Shown: positions 51,466-63,600 of the stretch, in pieces
How the letters are laid out: every line of letters begins with the position of its first letter
How positions within the stretch are numbered: the first letter of the stretch is position 1
Source of the DNA: Octopus bimaculoides
Lineage: Eukaryota
Assembly: GCF_001194135.2 (NCBI RefSeq)
Contig: NC_068988.1
Location: 68,038,952-68,102,551 of the forward strand
Length of the DNA: 63,600 nucleotides
Reading direction: 5' to 3'
The notes under the pieces: generated by a model
What the model saw: the letters and a program-made list of their open reading frames with translations, nothing else
Database searches by the model: none
Told to the model about the DNA's origin: nothing
Position numbers and translations under genes: made by a program

Positions 51466-52379
51466 TGCGTGCTTGTAAGTAAGTATTCATGTATATATTT
51501 ATGTATATATATTATATATATTTGATCGACAGTTTTAACGAGATTTTATTATAACATAACTTTAGGCAGCATTCTGGATGCCGCACGAAATCAATATAAT
51601 AACGTAAATATGGTTCCTATCTCTGATAGCAAGCATAATGTCGAATATGAAATTAGCTTTCTATATTGATGTAGGTACAAGTCATTGACCACCCAAGTAC
51701 TATTGAATTTCTGTTGATGCCATAAATATATTCCTTAAATTTTTTGATGCCAATATTTGGTTTTGATAATACAAATCTTGTTATAAAAGAAAAGTATACG
51801 TGATTTCAACTTTAAAAAAAAATGGTTTCAAATTATCAGTAATTACAAATCATAATACAGTCTCATTTCCCGGAGCTATTCCGTCATTTTTTTTGCGTTG
51901 ATCAATGTTCATTGAACAAGAGTTATCTTTTCAATAAATATTAAATATACTGAAGCCCGAGCACGTCTATCGGCAGTGGAATTCTTCAATTTGAAATTTT
52001 GTTAAGTTTGGAACGTTAATTAGGTTCTCAGCTCGAATGCACCAATCATTAAGCTTATATAATGTCTTTAAACATTATATATATATGAAAATATTCTGTC
52101 AGGCAATAATAAAAAGTTCGGACTCCGCCAGTTTATTGAATGATATCAAAACAGCAATGTATTTATGGTACACTAGTATTTGTTTTCCTTTTTGAGACAT
52201 TTAGCTAACCTCAACTTGTACCGCGCATAATTGGTTAGCAGTAAAACAGTATTGCACTAATTTAATTTTATGAAAACCGTGTGTGTCATGATATCGTTGA
52301 AATAAAATAAGAGTGGGGAGAAACCGACAGCAACTCACATCTAACGCAAAAACAAAACCTTGTTCACCAGACTGCCACG

Positions 52380-52600
52380 TAGTGATGTGGTTGTTTGAGT
52401 CCGAAAGGGCTGTATGTTGTGTTCTTGGCCAAAGTACTTCATTTCACGTTGCTTCAGTCGACTCACTCTATAAGGAATAGAAGTTATGTCTGGAACTGGG
52501 ATATAGCCCTGCGGCAGACTGACTACGATTCACAGTGGTGTCGGGTACGCCCAGTTACTTATGACCCACGAACTCTCATGTCTAATAAGTCTGTAAATAT
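52380..52600 (+). mobile_element. Family C SINE, degenerate
   Basis: GTTGTGTTCTTGGCCAAAGTACTTCATTTCACGTTGCT shared with 14780. Confidence 0.55.
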
Positions 52601-54544
52601 AGATATATGTATACGAGTGCACGTGAGAGATCGAGAGAGCGGGCATGTGTGTAAATGTGAGTATATGTGTAAGTGTGCATGAGAGTGTGTGTCTCTACGG
52701 GTGTAATTATGTATGGTGTGTCTATATGTACGTCTACATATGCATTTATATCCTCGGAATTTATAAGAAAGAAATTTGTAAAGCTGATGCCTTATGAATG
52801 AAGACTATTGGGGCATATATGTTCTGCATCATATTAGAGACATAGCCTCATCCATTTTGCTACTGCAAATACAGCGAACCAATGATTAACCAGGATAATA
52901 TTACCGGTATCAAACGATTCTTTGGTGCAGCAGTTGCGCTAACCACAATATATATAAATATATCAAAGTTATCAAATGATTTCGAAACGTTCCGAATTAG
53001 ATAAAATTTAGATATATTAACATCAACCTATTTTTCTATTCCTCCTCTGGTATATTAAGTTCTAAATCAATGAGATATAGAGTTTAGCATTTCATAGAAT
53101 GAAATCTCATTGTAACATCGGTAGATGAAACTGAGAGAGGAGACAGATTATCTACAAGCCATTAGTGTGTTAATAACGCATTAAAAGATCACATGTTTTG
53201 GTTGATGTTTCCCGCCTAAGTGGTTATTTCTGATCAAGAAAACCTCTCATCAAAACCATTTTAGCAATGACCATTTTGTCTCTTTAGGAGTTAGTGGAAC
53301 AACATTCTTCCTATATCTAAGACGTTGACCAACCACAGATAGTTGACTACCAACTTAGTTATTTTCGTTGGTTCTCTACAAGCTAACCTTAATAGAGCAG
53401 ATCCATTAATGGAGGGAACCGCAGCAATCCCTATTTTTCCGTGAGCCGGTAGATTATCTAATGCATGCTTTCGCTTTCAAGAAGTTTGACGTATTATTTT
53501 GATCAGGTGGAGTAAGTGCATATACCACGCCTCTTCAGGTCTATTGACTTCCCGGTTCAATTTTTTAAAATGTGGCAGACACTTGTGTGTGTGTGTGTGC
53601 GTGTGTGCGTGTGCGCATTTTGGCAAATATAAGAGAAAGAGGGAGATATGTTAACTAAAATCAGATATTCACACGCATACATGCACACTTGCAAACACAC
53701 ACACGCACACACACACACACCCATACAAATTCGAATACTGTGAGTGGATTACTAGATGTGTGCGTGATCCTTGTCTGTCCTTGCATTTGATCTCTAACCT
53801 TTTGAAAACTGCTGTAGTTTTGGGTTACTTTATTCCTCTTAAGTTGTCAATTTCGCAACCGAGATTAATGCATGAAGAACTAGATTTAAATAAGTACTGC
53901 AGTCGATATGATCAACTAAATATATAGAAAATTGAATAATGTACCCTACAATAGCCATAGTCAAATGATAGTATCTACAGAGATATACTATAGAGTATTT
54001 TTTCGGAAGTGTGTTAAAACTAAAACGGTTTCAACATTAAAGACATATTTGAGACATTCTAAAACACAGAAAGTATGTTAAATTCACTATGAGATTATTA
54101 TTACAGAAAAACACATCGCTAATATTGAGCATACTCAATATAGAAACATAACGGGATAATGCCGTTCGTAGGATAGGTTATCAGAGACCATAAATGACGA
54201 TAAAAGAAAATAAAGATAAAAAATTACTAAAAGGCAGTAAAGTACAAGAAGGTGTAAGATTTAATTTTCTATGAAATGTCTTTTGATATAAAAAATGAAG
54301 AAGAAAGGAAGGAAGGAATGGAGGATGATAGATAAATAGATAGATAGATAGCTATATACATACATTTACGAGATTGCTTGGAGACGCAAGGAACCTTATA
54401 AAAGTCTGGCTACCCAAGTGTCAAAGTCAAGAAACTACTAGTAGCACTTATTTTAATACAGTGTACATGGAATGATATTTCTCACTCACTAGATGCTGTA
54501 CTTGCGGGTATGCATGTCAGTGTATGTTTGTATTTATACATGTA

Positions 54545-54760
54545 TCAGTGTCCTTGTGTTTGACCCATACCTCTTAATAACCGGTGCTGTTTTATTTACG
54601 TCCCCATATCTTACCGGTTCAGAAGTGAGACCGTTACACTAAGTAGCAGGCTTAAAAATAAGCACTGGGATCTATTTCTCTACTAAAACCATTTAAGGCT
54701 GTGTCCTTAAATAGCCGCAGTCCAATGACTGAAAAAAGTAAGAAATAAAAGATTAAACCT
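54545..54760 (+). mobile_element. Family B SINE, 3' body
   Basis: ACCGGTGCTG..TTTACGTCCCC..GCAGTCCAATGACTGAAA. Confidence 0.7.
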
Positions 54761-55019
54761 TATTATTACTATAACATATTCTAATTATGAAATATATTAT
54801 GAGTACCGTTCCAAAATTATACTGATCTTTTGCGTGATATATTTCTTCCTGAACCAAAAAATATATGTTCTTTACAAGTCGCAACAGGTAGGGTCACAGG
54901 TAAATCAAACCAATGCATGATTAGATGTGAGAATCTAAAATACTAAACTAAATACATCTTGGCATTTTATCTATTGTTTTGTCGTTTCTGAGATATTAAT
55001 CCTTTCTGATGTAGCCACT

Positions 55020-55400
55020 TTTCAGGAGTGGGTTAGTCATTCATATCAATCTCAGTGCTGAACTGGTACTTATTTTATCGTTCCCAAACGGATGAAATGT
55101 AAAGTCGACCTCGGCGAAGTTTAAACTCAGAGCGTAGAGACAGACGAAATGCTGCTTACCATTCTTCCCGGCGTGCTTAGATTCTATGATAATAATAGCA
55201 ACTGCTTCTACTTTTGACACTAAGTAGCAGTTTGGAATGGAACGTTTGGTCGATGAATTTGACCCCAGTTCTTGACTAATATTTCATTTTATAGACACTA
55301 GTGGGATTAAAGACAAAGCTAATATCGGCAGAATTCGAACTCGGTATATAGAAAGCTAGAAGAAACGGTGATGAGCATTTTGTCCGCCGCTCTTGTGATT
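55020..55400 (-). mobile_element. Two adjacent family A SINE copies (about 55020-55180 and 55225-55400)
   Basis: Both contain the TTTTATCG/ATAGAC..GGAT.AA.G.AAAG..GGC.GAA.T..AACTC block. Confidence 0.7.
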
Positions 55401-56014
55401 CTGTCAAACCACCTCACCAAAAGACCGCAAACGAGCGCATTAATGTGAGCGTGAGTTTACATGTGTGTATCTATTTATAAAATCTCTATATGTGTATATA
55501 ACTCATGGTTACAATAATATTCACATCATAATCTCCTAGATGTGCCTATACAATAGTCAATACTCGATATATTGACATGTTGAATTAATGTAATGGGAGG
55601 CCTTCATTCATATAACACAGAATGCTACACAAACAGAAAACACACTTTTTAAAAAAAATAGACTAATGGTTAACTTTCTCTGATGTTGATCATATTTGCC
55701 GGAGCTAATTCACTATTCATTGAACTGAGTGGACATGAATTTAACCTCTTTAATTATTAGGTTCTATAATATACAAAGGTGATCCAATTCCGCATAAGAG
55801 CAATATAGTCTTTTCACTTATATTCTAAACATGGTCTACCAACTACTTAGATTTTCTACATTCTTATACACAATGACAAACCCTAAAAACGAAAGAAAAA
55901 TCAAGAATATTGTGTATCAATATTCACTGATCTCCAAAAAACTGGAGTACCAAGGTTTATGTGTGCGTCTGTGTGTGTGTGTATACACACAGACAGATAC
56001 ACAGACACACACAG

Positions 56015-56091
<77 letters not shown>

Positions 56092-57321
56092 NNNNNNNNN
56101 NNNNNNNNNNNNNNNNNNNNNNNNNNNNNNNNNNNNNNNNNNNNNNNNNNNNNNNNNNNNNNNNNNNNNNNNNNNNNNNNNNNNNNNNNNNNNNNNNNNN
56201 NNNNNNNNNNNNNNNNNNNNNNNNNNNNNNNNNNNNNNNNNNNNNNNNNNNNNNNNNNNNNNNNNNNNNNNNNNNNNNNNNNNNNNNNATATATTGGAGT
56301 TCTATTGATTAAATAATAGGTATACGACTAATGCTATTGAACTGTTAATGGAATCAGCAATGGAGGGATTGCACAAACATTTGAACATTGGACATTTTAT
56401 GTTGTAATTTTTATATAGTTCCTGTACTGATATTCCGACTCTATGACCACAATACAATTTGTGTAGCGATGTACATTCAATGGTTTAACATTGATCTAAA
56501 TGCATAAAATAAGTGGAATATACTTCACACAAACGTATTGGAGCAACGTGATATAATGTGCTTTAATTCATATATATACTGATTATCGAACACTGGTTTG
56601 AATTCAACAAACCAATGCTGAAAATTATAGATTTTTAGGGGACGACAGTGAACAATCATGTAAAAATATTTTGGGGGAAAACGGAATCATATATAAATAG
56701 CAATGAAAACCGATTTAATGTGAGGACGTTTGATGGATAAAAGAAATAAAATGTGATAATGATGGTACGCTTAACAGTTAATGTAAACAAACTCAACGTA
56801 TTACCCTATTTGTTTTGCTTGACAACTAATAAACGGAGGATAGCCATAGGTATCAGTAGAATAAATCAGTTTCTGGTTCAGTCACTCGGATTCGGTATAC
56901 TACTGAGATGCAAAATGTAAGTTATCTTACAATGGTTCGCATCTCATTGTATGGACAAACATGTAATACATGATTTACCCGAGCAAATGTGTCCAGGGAA
57001 AAAGAAAACCTGTCTCGACTCCGTGAGGTGGGGTTTATTATAAAGATGAGACTTGCCACCAGGTCGGCGGATAAGTGAGGGTGTCAGCCAGGAACATCTG
57101 CCAAATTTCAATCTGGATGTAGAAAGCTTAAACGAGTACAAAAAAGTAACAGGTCCCATAATTTTACGCTTAATCACTCCACTGATGTGTATTCGTTATT
57201 GTTTTCATTTAAGCCGAAAAGATAAAAGGGTAAGTTGACCGTGGGTGGGATTTCATCACTGAGCGTAGAGAGACAGAACAAATAATAGTGATATTCAGTC
57301 TTGCGTATTTACTTAGTAAAT

Positions 57322-57708
57322 GTTGTTGTTGTTGGCACTCCGTCGCTTACGACGTCGAGGGTTTCAGTTGTTCAGATCAACGGAACAACCTGCTCTTGAA
57401 ATTAACGTGCAAGTGGCTGAGCACTCCACAGACACGTGTACCCTTAACGTAGTTCTCGTGGATATTCAGCGTGACACAGAGTGACAAGGCTGACCCTTTG
57501 AATTACAGGCACAACAGAAACAAGAAGTAAGAGTGAGAGAAAGTTGTGGTGAAAGAGTACAGCATGGTTCGCCACCATCCCCTGCCGGAGCCTCGTGGCG
57601 CTTTAGGTGTTTTCGCTCAATCAACACTCACAACGTCTGGTCTGGGAATCGAAACTGCAATACTATTACCGCGAGTCCGCTGCCCTAACCACTGGCCATT
57701 GCGCCTCC
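57322..57708 (-). mobile_element. tRNA-derived SINE, family D, full length, with (AAC)n tail and probable TSD
   Basis: Head GGAGGCGCAATGGCCAGTGGTTAGGGCAGCGGACTCGCGG and tail GAGTGCCAACAACAACA. Flanks ACTTAGTAAAT (57311-57321) and ACTCAGTAAAT (57711-57721) match at 10 of 11. Confidence 0.92.
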
Positions 57709-57842
57709 ACACTCAGTAAATTACCCACTTATAATAGTGTATAAATATTTTTCTTTCTCAATATGTATATATATAGATTTAATAGATAGGCTTATAGTCC
57801 AAGCTGATTCGAACTACCAGTGACGTCATACTTTTTCTTTTG

Positions 57843-57880
<38 letters not shown>

Positions 57881-58047
57881 NNNNNNNNNNTATATATATA
57901 CAAAGAATGGGGGTTTAGTTCACAGGTGATCTAAACGATTGGCTACGCTAGGTAAGTGGTGTAACGGATTACTGGTGTTCCAAAGTTATAGCCATGACAG
58001 TAGTTATGGAGCCATTTCAGATTTCCGATGCAGCGGATATATAATTG

Positions 58048-58434
58048 TTAAACAGAGCAGCAAACATTAAGGCAAGGCATACATCTCAAGTCATATACAA
58101 TATTATTATAGGAAGAAATTGAAAATCTTACAGCTGTTTCTGTGATATCCTCAAGTATGGAATTTTTCCGTCATCATAGACAAATAGGGGAAAAAATATG
58201 TGTGGAAAATGAGAATGGTATATGTTAATAAGATGACAATAGATGTTGTCATCTTATTAATATATACCATTCTCATTTTCCATAACCTTTCCCACTATTT
58301 GTCTCTATTGACGGAAAAATCCCATAGTCGAAGATATCCCAGAAACAGCTGTAAGATTTTGAATTTCTTCCTATAATAATATCGTATATGACTTGAGATG
58401 TATGCCTTGCCTTAATGTATGCTGTCCTGTTTAA
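58048..58434. repeat. Foldback with about 190-bp arms and a 6-nt loop; each arm carries a degenerate hammerhead-like motif
   Basis: 58048-58239 is the inverted repeat of 58246-58434. Motifs at 58125-58181 (-) and 58301-58357 (+) both end GAAA-CAGCTG-TA-AGAT. Confidence 0.93.
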
Positions 58435-59221
58435 TAAGTATACATACATACATACATACATACATACATACATACATAATATATATATATATATATATAT
58501 ATNNNNNNNNNNNNNNNNNNNNNNNNNNNNNNNNNNNNNNNNNNNNNNNNNNNNNNNNNNNNNNNNNNNNNNNNNNNNNNNNNNNNNNNNNNNNNNNNNN
58601 NNNNNNNNNNNNNNNNNNNNNNNNNNNNNNNNNNNNNNNNNNNNNNNNNNNNNNNNNNNNNNNNNNNNNNNNNNNNNNNNNNNNNNNNNNNNNNNNNNNN
58701 NNNNNNNNNNNNNNNNNNNNNNNNNNNNNNNNNNNNNNNNNNNNNNNNNNNNNNNNNNNNNNNNNNNNNNNNNNNNNNNNNNNNNNNNNNNNNNNNNNNN
58801 NNNNNNNNNNNNNNNNNNNNNNNNNNNNNNNNNNNNNNNNNNNNNNNNNNNNNNNNNNNNNNNNNNNNNNNNNNNNNNNNNNNNNNNNNNNNNNNNNNNN
58901 NNNNNNNNNNNNNNNNNNNNNNNNNNNNNNNNNNNNNNNNNNNNNNNNNNNNNNNNNNNNNNNNNNNNNNNNNNNNNNNNNNNNNNNNNNNNNNNNNNNN
59001 NNNNNNNNNNNNNNNNNNNNNNNNNNNNNNNNNNNNNNNNNNNNNNNNNNNNNNNNNNNNNNNNNNNNNNNNNNNNNNNNNNNNNNNNNNNNNNNNNNNN
59101 NNNNNNNNNNNNNNNNNNNNNNNNNNNNNNNNNNNNNNNNNNNNNNNNNNNNNNNNNNNNNNNNNNNNNNNNNNNNNNNNNNNNNNNNNNNNNNNNNNNN
59201 NNNNNNNNNNNNNNNNNNNNN

Positions 59222-59258
<37 letters not shown>

Positions 59259-60019
59259 TACACACACACGCACACACACACATATGCCTTTATGTGTGTC
59301 TATAAGTGTGAATGTGTGTTTATGTATTTCGAATAATGTAGAAGCTAATAATTTCTTGACTCTTAAACACGTTCTACATAACTGCATTACTATATAAGTC
59401 TCGATCTACTCATATTTGCATTCTATGTTTGATGAAGGTTTCTTTCCTTATCCGTACATTGTTTCCGGCTAAGTATGTGAAATCATAATAATCACTTTTA
59501 AGGGATTTGAAATGTAATTACCATATACTCACTTCTAATATTCGCTGATAAGCGAATACTTGAATGACTATATATTTTATTTGTAGTTTCTAAAATTAGT
59601 GAAATTGTCTTAGACGTTCTCTTTCTGAAGACTATAAAGTATATTGTTCCAATTTAGAGAATCTAATTGATTTCTTGAGAGCTTTACTTAATCCGGCGTC
59701 CAGTTTAACACAACCATCTGACCATTAGTTTTTTTAATGAAAGCTCATTTACTTGCAAGCATTTGGACCTGGTTTCGCAGTCTGGGGATGACGTGCTTTC
59801 TATTTTCTTAATGATTAGAAAAATGGATTATAAAAATGATTAGAAATATAATTCTGGTTAGGAATGACACAAAAAGCAACTCCGAAATTTGAATTATTTC
59901 CGTTGAAAATGTTTCATACTGCAAACAACATCGCGCCATCCATGGCCATCATGTTGTATAGTTTTTTAGGAGAGTTTTCGGGATTGTATGAGAAATGTAA
60001 TTGATTATTAGAGAGTGGG

Positions 60020-60160
60020 AGAGAAAAGGACTGAATTGTACTTTATCGACCTCGGAGGCAGGAAAATAAATATTGAACTCCCTCGTTCGTGGGGGTTTTA
60101 AATCAGACGCAAACTACCTAACAGTTGCTCTAACATTTAACGATGCTGCCAATCACTTAC
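60020..60160 (-). mobile_element. Family A SINE, old degenerate copy
   Basis: GTACTTTATCGACCTCGGAGG..TGAACTC..GATGCTGCCAATCAC. Confidence 0.5.
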
Positions 60161-63100
60161 CATATTAGGTATTAACAAATATCTACAAATTCACTGATTT
60201 TCATTGAATTGAAAATGAATGAATTCTTGTTTGTATGAAGATATCGAACTGCTGAACCGATAAGTTATACATTTCATAAATAAAGTTTCTTTCATTAAAA
60301 TATTTTTTTACTTATTTACAATGATTTATTTAAGAAGATTTGGTAACGGATTAATAAAAGCGTTGTAAACGCTTCCAGCTATATTTTTAATTATACAAGT
60401 CGGAAATTATATTTCCGCGTTTTAATGAAATTTATAGAACGTTTGCTTTAAACATAAATGTTGCTTTCTACGATACACAGAAAATATTTTGCGTTGTGCC
60501 AAATCGTAATCCATATTTAACTGAATATATATTTACATTCAGTGTTACGTTTTTTGAGAGAAAACATCAAAATTATCTTTTCAAGTTTCTTTTTTATTTC
60601 AACATATGTTTGGTTTCTAATTTTACAAATATATCGTGAATGGATTCTATAGCACAAGTGTTTTTATATAATCGAAATTATTATTAAATATGAAAGTAGC
60701 TGTATATTATTACAGGGAATTAATTAGGCAAAGAAAGTAATAGATTAACATTGATGAAGTTCTGAATGTTTACACGCCCTCCCATCATGAACATTGTATT
60801 TTCAATTGTAGTGTATCTAGAACTCTATTATACAGTTTTTATATTCTTTTCATCTCGTAATGATTGGTAAACATTTTAGCGAGATTTGGCTAAATGTTCC
60901 TGCTGGTCACACCATGCTACCGTCCACGGATCATATAAGAATAAAGCTAAAAAGGTTAAAAACTTATCCGAAAGATAAAACCTTCACCACTTTGTTTCAT
61001 ATTTCAGTGTTATAGAAGCAGTAAGCTGACAGAATAGTTTGTACACTGGACAAAATATTTCAAAGCATTTCCTTTGGCTTTACTTTCTGAGTTTAACTTC
61101 AACATTGGCGGATTTTGCCTTTCATTATTTTGCAGTCGATAAAATAACTGAGCACAGGGATCAATTTAATCGACATCACCATCCCTTAAATTTCTGAGCT
61201 TGTTCCAGTCTTAGGGGATCGAGGCCTAAATATCATCTACAGCCACATTACTATTGTTTACGAGAGAATCATTTCCGTAACTCAAAGGATTTTTATATGT
61301 TATTCCATGTCTTTACGCAATCGTTTATCTTTGAGATGCAACATAAAAAGAGTTCCGATTACGAATCTATAACGAATTGATTGAGGAACGCTGATTGTTG
61401 ATATTTACAACATTGATGAGAAAGAAAAATTTAAAATATTCAAGTAATATTAAATTGATAGAAATTAAATATAGAAAAATATGAAGAAAACCAGCTAGAG
61501 TAAATAGTATAGGACGACACCTCCTCGAATGAATACAGTTATATCATTCAACGAATTATTTAAGTACAACATACCGAAATATATTTGATGCAATATACAG
61601 AAAATAAAGATATAAATATAGCAGCTTTGAATAATGTGTTAGACAGAAATGTTATGAAACGCTAAAAAGCTATAAAAAACATATAGAGGAATGATTTTGC
61701 AATGAAATACGCTACTAGAAACTAGTATAATGTATCTGTATAGACATACATTAACATAGTCATGCATGTGTGTAGGTGAATGTGTATATGCGTGTGTATG
61801 TGTACGTGTCTGTATTTATGTGTGTGCGGGATTCTATTTATGTATCTATCTGTAAGTATGCTTACTGATATTCGTAGCATGAAATTAAGTTATGTTATTA
61901 GTGAGTAAATTATTTTGAAATATTTCCGACTGAGCTTTTCTTGGACATATAAAAACTTATAAACAAATGAAATATTATATGTTAAGAAACAGATTGAGTT
62001 ATTCTATAAGATGCTCTCTCCTCTTAATGAGATCTTAAATATATACATGTTGTTTTCTGATACAATTAGGGCATCAGTGCTTTTAAACTGGAAATATATT
62101 TGTTCTGAAAAAGGTTAGTCTTAAATTCTTTCGTAAAAATCTTTTGTCGAAAAATTGTTTTCAAAAGAAACATGTTGCGGCTGAACCTTGATGAAGCAGA
62201 CCTACGATGAAGCTTATCCCTACGGTGAGCATTGCTGTCCATTTAATACATTTCTAGAAATAAACCAGGTGTGAAAATGTTGCGTGTATAAGTATGCATA
62301 TGTGTGCATGTGTGTGAATATTTGTCATTCTGGCATAGCAAATTCGTGCCTAAATGTTAGCTAACAGTATATTATCTACCGATTTTTCTATCAATATTCT
62401 ATGTACCATAATTGTTTTTTTTCTTATTATTTTTAGATTGCCACGTTTTTCTTTCCAAAAGATATCGAAATGTTTTCCTCATATAATCTGTAAAATACAA
62501 ATCATGCTTGCTTAAAAACACATTTCATACAAAAGCGAATCATTCAATAGTGTATGTAATAATGCTTAACTATGTCGTATGCTTTTGCATTCGATAAGCA
62601 TTAACCGTTATATTTAATGTTCAGTGCACCCTTATTTTAAAGCTAATTTTGTTTCATAAAATTTCTGAGATTGGTTCTATATATATTTGTCTAATAAAGC
62701 TGTAATACAGTCAAAGCAGCAAACATTATGAAATCTGTGTTCACAAGGGCAGTGAATGACAGTAAAATCAAAGACGTCAGTCGTTACAAGATTTCAAATC
62801 CATGACCAGAATTTTAGTATGTAAAAATGATTAAGCACTATTGTGAAATTTATGTTATTTTGAGAATGCACGATGGGAACGTTTTCTTTCTAAAGTTGTA
62901 TATGAATTTTCCAGCCAAGTCTCTTGTAAATCACGAATTTGTTAAACACGCCTACCATGTCAGGATTTATTACTTTGTAGAACATTCGTTTCACTTCTAA
63001 CGTTCATTTACATTACATCAAAGAGTCGTTTTTTTCCCTGCATAATCATAGACTGCCAGAGTGAATGACACAAATTTCGTCATCATAGCTGAATTATTAC

Positions 63101-63565
63101 CATGTGCTTTTCATGTGAGAGCTGTACGTCATTAGGTTGGCTCTTGGCTCTCAGCTAGATTGCACAACGCCTCAGATCGATGCATCTCCTAAAATGTTGA
63201 CATATAACCTCGAATGGATAAAAAAATAAGCTAAAAGTATTTTAATGAATATACAAGAAACACATTAGTGTATACTTCTGTATTGACTCTACTACATAAC
63301 TAATGCTGGATATATTATGTTTTCCCTATGTCCTATCTTTCATAAAGAATACAAAACTTACACGCCTTAGTTCTCTATTTATGTGCTTTTTATATTAAAT
63401 CTTATTTCTGACCATCCACAAGAGTTATATATATTAGCATGTCTAAAACGAAAACCATTTAGATTATAACATGTAATTATGTGCATTTATTCTGTAGACA
63501 AATGGCTCTTCTATACGCTGTAAATATCTAAGCGTTCCAACGTTTACAAATCAGTTTCTTCATGC

Positions 63566-63600
<35 letters not shown>

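Noticed and set aside
57925-57950. Micro-exon reading GDLNDWLR, kinase-like
   Set aside because: An in-frame TAG precedes the donor, and no other kinase exons are visible.
58273-59387. The longest ORFs in the track (280-336 aa) and similar X-rich ORFs elsewhere
   Set aside because: They run through N-gaps and (TA)n, so they are not evidence of coding sequence.

Overview
AT-rich, microsatellite-saturated eukaryotic DNA with many N-gaps, most flanked by (TA)n. The SINE families and repeat load suggest an octopod cephalopod (Octopus-like) draft assembly; this is inference from recognised repeat types. No host protein-coding gene can be named. The window is dominated by decayed mobile DNA: two R4/Dong-type (restriction-like endonuclease) LINE fragments abutting (TAA)n tracts, a 2.7 kb CR1-group LINE, seven Tc1/mariner remnants, at least four tRNA-derived SINE families and probable Penelope-like remnants. 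Almost all long ORFs in the supplied track are microsatellite or gap artefacts. The most interesting signals are: (1) several minimal type-I hammerhead-ribozyme-like motifs (core - stem II - GAAA - 6-nt palindrome - TA/TC), two with the same CCGANGA core variant and others inside long foldbacks; (2) a SINE whose 3' terminus matches that of the neighbouring R4/Dong element; (3) several long foldback structures; (4) a weak, phase-compatible chain of short candidate exons on the + strand.
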